NCBI GenBank assembly: GCA_963719085.1
Contig: CAVRAL010000001.1
Coordinates: 928,001 to 992,000 of the forward strand
Length of the DNA: 64,000 bases
DNA from: a candidate division FCPU426 bacterium
GTDB taxonomy: Bacteria > Oederibacteriota > Muellerivitia > Muellerivitales > Muellerivitaceae
Direction of reading: 5' to 3'
The translations under genes and the position numbers were made by a program. The notes beneath the pieces were generated by a model that was not told the origin of the DNA, searched no databases, and saw only the letters and a program-made list of their open reading frames with translations. Below are positions 10,146 through 18,500 of the stretch, piece by piece; the first letter of the stretch is position 1, and each line of letters begins with the position of its first letter.

Positions 10146-10213
10146 GCTGTTCCTCCGGTTTTGATCCAAAAAGGGATAAATCAGCCCAATAAAAGGGCCT
10201 TAAATGAAGCGAT

Positions 10214-10242
10214 AAGCTAACACAGGGGGTTTACTGGGTCAA
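10214..10242 (-). promoter_or_regulatory. sigma70-type promoter of the gap operon
   Basis: Minus strand TTGACC-17 bp-TAGCTT with TGn extension. Confidence 0.55.
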
Positions 10243-10270
10243 GGGCCGGGGGTAAAGACTGAAGCGGGAT

Positions 10271-11002
10271 TTAAACCGCTTCCGCCTCAAAATGATGCGG
10301 GGTTCGTCCATAAACAACCGCCTTCACCACCGACACGCCCGCTTGGCGTAAAACCTTCGCGCATTCTTCCAGCGTCGCCCCAGTCGTTAAAACATCATCC
10401 ACTAAAACCACTTGGGAAGCCGGCGGCTGAGAGCCGACATAACGATAGGCGCCCTTGGGATTGGTCAGTCTCTTTTGACGGCTCAAGGACATCTGCGCCG
10501 GGGTTGAAATCGTTTTAACAATAGTTTCTTTTAGGGGTTTACGAACCCGCTTCGCGATCGCGCCCGCCAGCAATCGGGCCGGATGATAACCCCGCTCCCT
10601 TTCTCGTTCGGAACTTAAGGGCACGGGCACAATCGCGTCGACGCCCTCCCAAAAAGAATCGGAACTCTCCGCTGTCATTTTTTCAGCCAAAACTTCCGCT
10701 AAAGCTTCCATCCCTTCAAACTTAAAGGCGTGATGCGCCAACCGCAAAGGGCCCCTATAAGCGCCAAAGGCGCGGGTTTCCGTTAAAAAATAATCACGAT
10801 CCCCGCAATCCCGGCATCGGGGACGGACCGATCCCTCAAACGCTCCTACGGCCAAAGCGATTCCACAATGGCCGCAACGAACGCCTTCGTAAGGTTCAAC
10901 GGAATCAAAACAAGAAGCGCAAAGGACGTTCGAAAGGCCTTCGCGGAAGGGGTCGCCGCAGTAGCGGCAGACTTTAGGAAATAGCGTGTCGATCAAGAAC
11001 AT
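10271..11002 (-). CDS. comF: ComF family protein (double zinc ribbon + PRTase)
   Basis: Four CxxC pairs, PVPL...RERGY, LVDDVLTTGAT. Confidence 0.92.
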   Translation of the reverse strand: MFLIDTLFPKVCRYCGDPFREGLSNVLCASCFDSVEPYEGVRCGHCGIALAVGAFEGSVRPRCRDCGDRDYFLTETRAFGAYRGPLRLAHHAFKFEGMEALAEVLAEKMTAESSDSFWEGVDAIVPVPLSSERERERGYHPARLLAGAIAKRVRKPLKETIVKTISTPAQMSLSRQKRLTNPKGAYRYVGSQPPASQVVLVDDVLTTGATLEECAKVLRQAGVSVVKAVVYGRTPHHFEAEAV

Positions 11003-11017
11003 AAGAAGTTACCTCGC

Positions 11018-14000
11018 CTACTTGACGACCGCCACTTTATCAATTTCCTGGTGGTCGGGCATCTCGGTGGTGATGAGATAGACACCGGAAGCAACTAGAC
11101 TGCCGTTCATATTTTTCCCATCCCACATCAAATCGGGATCCACCAGATGGGTATATACACCAACCGACGCAAAATTTCTGTGGACCAATTGCTTGATGAA
11201 TGTTCCCGCCAAGTTGTAAACCTTGATCGTCACCATTCCCGCTTTGGTGATCGCCAACCGAAAATGAACCGCATTGTTCGCCGTACCGGGACGAATCGCG
11301 TTTAAATCCAAGGCGTTGCTGGCACCTAAGGCAAAAGCAGTTACCACGTTATAAGATGAAAAATGCGCTAGGGCGGTCGGAACATCCGGCGGATTATCAA
11401 AAGCTTGCACTAAATAAGAAAAAGCATTGCCCCCAACAATGGTCTCCGGATCAGAATAAGTCACCAAACCCGCGGAAGGTTGACTAATCCCCGTGGTAAA
11501 GGAAACCGGATAAGTGGCTCCGCCGTCCACCGACTGGTAAACCACGTAGCCGCCTAAGGGATACATGGTGGTCGGGTCAAAAACCGTCACCGGCGGCGCG
11601 GTCAAAGGAACCGCCAAATTCGCGGGGTACCAACTCAAGGTATTCGCGTTCCCGCTTTGGGCAATCGTCACCGTTCCATCATTTACCACCGGCGGTTTGG
11701 CGGGCAACGCGGTTACCGAGGCGCTTAAAGCGGTGCCGCCAGACACCGTATCAATCGTCTCCATTTGATACACATAAAAGGTTTTATCGAGCAAACCCGA
11801 ATCGGTGTAATTATTGCCGGTGATCCCTGTTTTCACGACTTGGAAACTTCCCAAGGTGTCCGCCCCTAGTTTTCTAAAAAGCGTATAGCTTACGGCGCCG
11901 CTGGGCGCGCCTTGGAAATCCCAGCGAAGTTGGACAAGGCCATCCCCTGAAATGGACGTCAAATTTTGAACCGGTTGCGGAACCACCACTTCACTGACCG
12001 AAGCCGAAAACCCGCTTTGGACCCCGCCTCCCGAAATCGCCGCGACTTGATAAAAGTAAGTCCCCGAGTCTGAAACGGCGCTATCCGAGTAGCTGGTGGC
12101 CGCCGCTCCCGGAACTTGGGCGAGTTCCACAAAAGTCGGGGTCGCCGAGGGCGTGGCAACCGCCCGGTACACCACATAACCTGATACCGATCCCGGCGTG
12201 GGCGTCATGACCGGCGAAAACTGGGCCCAGACCAGCTCATTGTGATCCGCCCCCGGAGTCACGCCAAGGGACGGCGGATGAATGGCGATGATCCCCGCGG
12301 TCACCGGCGAGCCTTGGCCCTGGTTGTTATAGGAAGTCATGGAATAGTAATAAGCGGTCGCGGGTACCACTTGACTATCTACGGTGGTAGCGCTGGAGGG
12401 CCCCAGCGGAACAAACAGCGGGGTCGGTGTGGCCCCGGCGGTGGTGGACCGGTAAATTTGATAAGCCGTCACAGAAACATCACCGGCCGGCGCGGCCCAA
12501 GCCAAGGTCACCGCGGAAGGGCCCGCCGATAAGTTAAGCGCCGAAGGCGGATTGGGCCACATCGTGACCGCGGCGTTCCCCACGACGTTTTGATTGGCCG
12601 CGATTCCCAACCGCGAAGGAACCACCCGGTAATAGGTGACATAGCCCTGGGTTAAAGTCGCCGGGTCCGAAAGGAAGGAGGTGGGCGACGATACGGTGCC
12701 GATGAGGTTCTCAAAAGGAAAGCCGGAATCGGTCGAACTATAAATGGTGTAGCTGTCCACGTTGGATGGGTAGGTCAACCCGGATATCCAAACCACCGGC
12801 GGAATCGCAGGGGTCGTTCCCGGTGTGGGTGAAAATCCCGGAGGCGGCGAGAGACTGACCGTCGGGGTCCAAAGCGGCGCCGAAAAAGCGGTAGCGGGCA
12901 TGCTCGCGTCACTGAATCCTTGGTGATTGATGGCGGCCACGCTGTAAGACGAAATGGTTCCGGGAGTTTCCGTGGCCTGCCAAACAAAAATCGGCGTCGG
13001 CGTGGGGCTCAACAGGGTAACCGGTGCCCCGTTATAAGTGGCGATCGGAGTTTGGGTCGCGTTCAAATAAATGGCGTAAGCCGTGACCGCGTCCGTGGTC
13101 GGGTTGGGCGGCCAGTTCAAAGTGGTCTGCGTCACTCCCCCAATCGCGGTCACACCTTGAGGAACGGTTGGCCAAGTTAAGCTGCTTCCTTCCGGAGCCG
13201 GAGTGGAAGGCGGGTAGTTAGGATAAAGCGGGCTTTCGGCGACCAATTGACCGGAGGCGTTCGATCGTGCTGTGATCCGGTAATAGTAAACAATTCCAGG
13301 TGTTAGGGTGGCGTCTGGATAAGTCAGTTGGGTAATCGGCGCTGTGCCAATCAGCGAAAAATTGGCCCCCGAAGTCTCGGAGCGATAAACACCATAAGAA
13401 TCCACTGAACCAAAACCCGGGGTTAAAGTCACGTTCGGCGTGGCATTCCAACTCACCTGCATTTTCCGGCTACCGGATGCCATTACCGCCGTCACAGCGT
13501 AAGAAGGCAACCTAATCCCCGATAAAGTGACCGGCGGCGCGCTGGACCCATGGGCGTTTTGAGCGAAAAGATAATCAAAGACTGAGGAATGCCAAAATGG
13601 GGCTGTTTGAGTAGTCGATTGAGTAAAGGTATAGGTTGCGGGACCAGCGGCGTCGATCGCTAAAGGCGTTGACGTCGGCGTAGCACTCGAAGTGGTTCCA
13701 AAATCCGGACCATAAACTTGATATCCAGTCACTGCGTCGGTCAAAGGATTCGCAAGCCAGCTATAGGTTAAGGAATTCCCGTCGCCGGTTAAAGGTAAAA
13801 GCACGGGCTGGAATGGCCCTGAATTGTTCGGGCCCGCCGTCACTTGATTGGAAGCCGATGACAAATCCGAAGTACTTCCCACCCCATCGATCGCCCCGAC
13901 TTGATAAATGAACCTCGTTCCCGCGGAGGCGCCCGTGATGAAATCATTATAAGAAGATTGGGCGGCTGAAACGGTGGCAATGGGCGTGGGCGTCACGACT

Positions 14001-15517
14001 TGAAACTCCGTCACGGGTTCCCGATAAATCCCATAGTCTTGGATGGGTCCATAAAACCCGGCCGTCGTTCCCGGCCAACTGACGACCACTTCATTGTTCC
14101 CTGTCGGCCCTGTAGCGGTGACCGCCGAAACGGGGGTTGGGGCCAAAGCCAGGGTTTCGGGCGTCGGCACGCCCATAGCCCCCTCATGGCTGGTCGTGTC
14201 GTAGGGCGCGACCCAATAGGAAATGCCATTGGCGCTGGCGTCGGACGTGTCAACCGCTTGAAGTGTCGCCGCGGCCGCCAAGACCACAGCGAAGGGGGTT
14301 GGAGTCGCCGTGGCGGACGCCGCGAAGGTCAAGGTTCCGGTCGGCGTCGGCGCGGTCGGAGGAGGCCCGTTAAGGCTTTTATAAATCCTATAGCCTTGAA
14401 GTCCATAAATGCCGTTCGAGCCTTGGGACCAAGTGATCGTCACGGCGCCGATTGCAGGACCTGGGGTCACCATGATGGGGCTGGAAACCACCGGGCCGTA
14501 AAAAGAGACCGGAGCCAAATTGGAACCGGTGTTGCCGTTGGATCCCATGGCCGATACCGAGTAATCATATGGAAACGCGGCGGAACCCGAAAACGGAACG
14601 GTCGTATCGTCATAAACATAGGTCGGCGTCACGCTGGCCACCGGAACCTGCAAAGTGGCGACGGGCGTGTTGTTTCGCATCACTTGATAAACCGACACCA
14701 CTCCGGACGCCACTTCGGACGCGGCCGGTCCATTCCAAATCAAATGAACACCATAGCCGCCTCCGCCGATAATGGACGCCGACAAGTTGGGCGCCGCCGG
14801 GGCCAAGGTGACCGGTTTGCCGGGAGCGGAAGAAAAATCCGGAACACCGCTGATATTTCCGGCCGAGTCTTGGGCCAAAACCACATAGAAAAAGTAAGAA
14901 TTGGCCGGACTGCTGACCGACGAATCCGTAAATTGATTGGTGACGGCCATGGCATAAGTCACCGGGTCAGCCGTCAAAACCACCGAACCCGGAACCGGCG
15001 AGGGAGTCCCCGTTACCGTGGCGATCGGGACCACATACCGGTAAATTTGGTACTCGGTCACCGGGTAAGTGGAAAGCGGGATTCCCCAGTTGATATTGAC
15101 GGCGTTTGTAAAAAAATTATCCAACTGGACCGATTGGATGATCGTAGGAGGGCTAAAAGGGGTGACCGTGACCGCCGAGGAAGGGCCCAGGCTATTATTG
15201 AACCCGGCCAAAAGATACTGGTAGGTTCTTCCATTGGTGACCTGGCCGTCCACAAAAGCCGGCGTCGCGGCGGCCGACACGATGGCCACCGGCGTCAGCG
15301 TCCCCGTGGGGGTCGGCGCGGCCGAAACATTTCGATAAAGATAATAATCCGTCGCCGCCGGCGTGAGCTCCTGCCAACTGAGGCTGACCGCCCCATCACC
15401 CGCCGCCGCGGTGAAAGCCGAAGGCGTCGGAAGGGTCTGAGCGGCCAAAGGCGCCGCCAAAACCACCGCCAAAAGGATTCCCCGCATGAGGGCTGAAGGT
15501 TTCAAGTCTTGTCCCAT
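11018..15517 (-). CDS. Large secreted fibronectin-III repeat protein with C-terminal FlgD/T9SS-CTD-like domain
   Basis: Signal peptide; repeated LxW...YxxYR...YxD...YxYxV FN3 pattern; TPTP linkers; C-terminal KVYNLAG...WDGKNMNGSLVASGVY...KVAVVK. Confidence 0.8.
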   Translation of the reverse strand: MGQDLKPSALMRGILLAVVLAAPLAAQTLPTPSAFTAAAGDGAVSLSWQELTPAATDYYLYRNVSAAPTPTGTLTPVAIVSAAATPAFVDGQVTNGRTYQYLLAGFNNSLGPSSAVTVTPFSPPTIIQSVQLDNFFTNAVNINWGIPLSTYPVTEYQIYRYVVPIATVTGTPSPVPGSVVLTADPVTYAMAVTNQFTDSSVSSPANSYFFYVVLAQDSAGNISGVPDFSSAPGKPVTLAPAAPNLSASIIGGGGYGVHLIWNGPAASEVASGVVSVYQVMRNNTPVATLQVPVASVTPTYVYDDTTVPFSGSAAFPYDYSVSAMGSNGNTGSNLAPVSFYGPVVSSPIMVTPGPAIGAVTITWSQGSNGIYGLQGYRIYKSLNGPPPTAPTPTGTLTFAASATATPTPFAVVLAAAATLQAVDTSDASANGISYWVAPYDTTSHEGAMGVPTPETLALAPTPVSAVTATGPTGNNEVVVSWPGTTAGFYGPIQDYGIYREPVTEFQVVTPTPIATVSAAQSSYNDFITGASAGTRFIYQVGAIDGVGSTSDLSSASNQVTAGPNNSGPFQPVLLPLTGDGNSLTYSWLANPLTDAVTGYQVYGPDFGTTSSATPTSTPLAIDAAGPATYTFTQSTTQTAPFWHSSVFDYLFAQNAHGSSAPPVTLSGIRLPSYAVTAVMASGSRKMQVSWNATPNVTLTPGFGSVDSYGVYRSETSGANFSLIGTAPITQLTYPDATLTPGIVYYYRITARSNASGQLVAESPLYPNYPPSTPAPEGSSLTWPTVPQGVTAIGGVTQTTLNWPPNPTTDAVTAYAIYLNATQTPIATYNGAPVTLLSPTPTPIFVWQATETPGTISSYSVAAINHQGFSDASMPATAFSAPLWTPTVSLSPPPGFSPTPGTTPAIPPVVWISGLTYPSNVDSYTIYSSTDSGFPFENLIGTVSSPTSFLSDPATLTQGYVTYYRVVPSRLGIAANQNVVGNAAVTMWPNPPSALNLSAGPSAVTLAWAAPAGDVSVTAYQIYRSTTAGATPTPLFVPLGPSSATTVDSQVVPATAYYYSMTSYNNQGQGSPVTAGIIAIHPPSLGVTPGADHNELVWAQFSPVMTPTPGSVSGYVVYRAVATPSATPTFVELAQVPGAAATSYSDSAVSDSGTYFYQVAAISGGGVQSGFSASVSEVVVPQPVQNLTSISGDGLVQLRWDFQGAPSGAVSYTLFRKLGADTLGSFQVVKTGITGNNYTDSGLLDKTFYVYQMETIDTVSGGTALSASVTALPAKPPVVNDGTVTIAQSGNANTLSWYPANLAVPLTAPPVTVFDPTTMYPLGGYVVYQSVDGGATYPVSFTTGISQPSAGLVTYSDPETIVGGNAFSYLVQAFDNPPDVPTALAHFSSYNVVTAFALGASNALDLNAIRPGTANNAVHFRLAITKAGMVTIKVYNLAGTFIKQLVHRNFASVGVYTHLVDPDLMWDGKNMNGSLVASGVYLITTEMPDHQEIDKVAVVK

Positions 15518-18500
15518 TTAAAACCGGGCCTCCCCGCTGACGGTGGCCTCGACTAAGTCGTATCCCAATGTGGGCGCGTAGTAATTGTTCAAATGCTCGT
15601 AGGTAAAACCAATCCCCACCCGAAGGTTCTTCAACGCGTTGTAATTAAGGGACAGTGTACCATTGTACCTTTGGGTCACAAGCTGGTTATAGCTGTAGGA
15701 CGATTGATTGTTGATCAGCTCCGCCAAAAGCACGAGCCGGGCTTCCAAGGGATTTTCCAACTTGATCTTCCAATGGGTGAAGGGGACGTGGATGGTCTGG
15801 TTGTCCAGGAATTTTTGGTTGTACTCGATCGAATACTGGTCATCCTGCATCGAGGTATAAACGCCCTGGGAAGTTTGATCCCCCCGGGTGTATTGAATGC
15901 GGATATTGCCCTGGGCCCCCTTATCGATGTCATAAGGCAGGACGAGGGAGATCACGTCGCTGTTGGAGAGCAAAAACGGGTTGTTGTTGCTGTCATATTG
16001 ATAGTTTTGGGTGCGGGTGAATTGGACTTGGGCGGAGTTGATGTTGAGATTGATCAAGGGCAAGGTGAACAGCTTTTTGCTCCAAACCGTGGTGAAGCCG
16101 AAGGTATTGATATCCTGCGTGGTGGGATTGGTCCCCAAGGCCACTACGGACAAGGTCTCGCCCCAGGACCCCGTGGGACGCATATCCCACCCATCCAAAA
16201 TATTGAAACTGGCGTTCAAGCGGTCGGTGATGGTCTCGCTCCCCAAGTAATCCTGCGTCACGGGCCGCGACACCAGCCAAGTTTGGTCAAAATCCAAGGG
16301 CTGGCTCGCTTGGAAACTATTCGGGTTGATCGATTGAATGGTGGCGTTGGAACTTTCGGTGCGGCCCGCGTCCACGGACAGGTTGGTTTTTTGCAGGAAA
16401 GGAAGCCAGCTGGCCGGCGTGAAGCTGAGCAGGTAATTGATGCTGTTGGCGTTGGTGAATTGGGGCTGGGGAAAAGAAACATAGTCATATTGGACGCTGC
16501 CCGTGTAATTCACCGAGGGGATCAGGCCCGGAATGCCGCGGTAAACCACACCGGCCGTCGGTTGATAGCGGTTCTGGAAAGGCGTGTAATTTTGATAGAA
16601 CATCGTGGTCGGCATTCCCGGCGTATTGGTGTTGCCCACCGCGTCGACCAGGGTGAGGGTATAGCCGGGGGAAATCACCAGGTTCTTAATCAACTCGGTG
16701 GTGTTGGTCCAGCCATAAACCTGGTTGCGCGTGGTCCGGTCGTAATTATAAAGGTCCGGGAAAGTGACCCCTTCCGCGATATTAAAATCCTGGCTGTCAT
16801 GGGTGATCGAAAAAGTCTCGGTGAATTGATTCGTACCGATGGGAATGGAAAATATCTGATTCGGGGCGTCGTAAGTGGAGGCCAAGGCCACGATCTGCTC
16901 GGCTTTGTTGGTATTGCCCTGCACTCCAGGCTGACTCAAATAAACATCCTCGTACCGGTCTTTTTCCTCGTTGGTGCTTTCGGAAATACGCACCGAAGTG
17001 AACCGGCCAAAGCTCGGCCCCAAATCCTTCGTATAGCCGATGCTTCCCGTGGTGCTGTCCACATAGCTGTTGGGCAAAAGCTCGAAATTGGGATTGGACG
17101 TGTCCGCCGCCTCCGTGTAAGTGTCCTGATGGGTGTAAGAAAACTGGGTGACCAGCGGCTGGGAGAAAAGACTGACAGCGTTGGAGGAATAATCCGCGCC
17201 CAATTGAGTGGAATGCTGGAACCGGGTCGCCTGTTGATCCAACTGGGTGAATCCCGAGTCCACTTCCCGGTAGCGGGCGTTGATCGTGGCGAAATTGTCC
17301 CCCACCAGCAAGGTCGCGTTGGCGCGGCGGGCCACGCCCGCGCGGCTGATGGGATTGGTGGTGCGCAGGTTGTTGATCCACAGCTCGTTGGTCGTCGCCG
17401 TCGGGGCGTTGGGCGACAGAACCCCGAAGGAGATCTGGCTGACCCGGTTGATGAACGGTGTTCCAAAAGTGCTTCGATTACCGTCCGAACCGTCCAGGTC
17501 GATGATCACGGATTTCCAAAGGAGATTCTGATAAGCCGTGGTCAAGGGGATATTGTATTGATAGTAATCCTGCTGGTCGTTCCCCAAGCGCACGAAAAGC
17601 ACATCCCCCGGGCTAAAGGAAACCGCCTCCAGGTCAAATCGCATTTGGCTGTAAATGGTGAAATCCAGGGTTTGGCTGAAAGTGCGGGTGGCATAATAAA
17701 TTGGGCGTCCATTGATGTTGCCGGGAGGATCGAAATCCGTCGAGGATAAGTTGTAATTGATTTGAAGGGCGCTTTCCTTGGCCGTGATGGAGCTTTGATC
17801 TTCCCCTTGGGTGAGGGTCACAAACCGCAGGGTCGGGTTGTAGCTGGAATTGATCGGCTGGTTGACCGTGGTGACGTCGAATTTCGACGTGTTCACCGTC
17901 ACCCCCTGGTCCACATTGGCCGTCGGGTCTACTTGCAATTGCCAAAGATTATGTGTAAAGGCCATGCTTTCTAAAAGAAAGTAACCATCTTGGGCCGCCG
18001 CCGAATTTCCAGTGGTCCACAACCGCACCGAACGTACCACTTGGGAATTAGGCACTCCTACCGAATGGAAGAAATAATTGACGCCCGCATCCGTGGTGTT
18101 GGTGCTGTCGGGCGGCGGCGCTGTATTGGCCGGGAGATTTACTGGAATTTTCACTTCTTTCCAACCGTTCCAGTTCGCGTGAATCCCATACTCAAAATAA
18201 GCGTCCGCGCCGTCCAAGGTGTTGTCACTGTTCTGGTCTTCGGTGATAAAAACGTCAGTACCCACACCTTCCTGTGTAGAAGTGGTCTCAGTGGAAATTC
18301 CCGTAATGGCCTGCAAGATTCCCGGGCCTGCCAATGGATTCGTGAAATAAAAACTGGGAATGCCATAAGCGGGGTTGGGATGCGCCTGATTCGGGATAGT
18401 AACCCCATTAGCGTCAACCGTCGTATCCTGGTCCAATATCCCATTGCCATTGGTGTCCTCGGCAAAAGAACCAAAATCCGCCATGATCCACTTGTCCTGG

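Noticed and set aside
15593..17749. 718-aa plus-strand ORF, and similar long antisense ORFs (14000-15496, 427-1470, 9273-10220, 38998-39933)
   Set aside because: Shadow frames opposite well-supported genes in GC-rich DNA; no recognisable motifs
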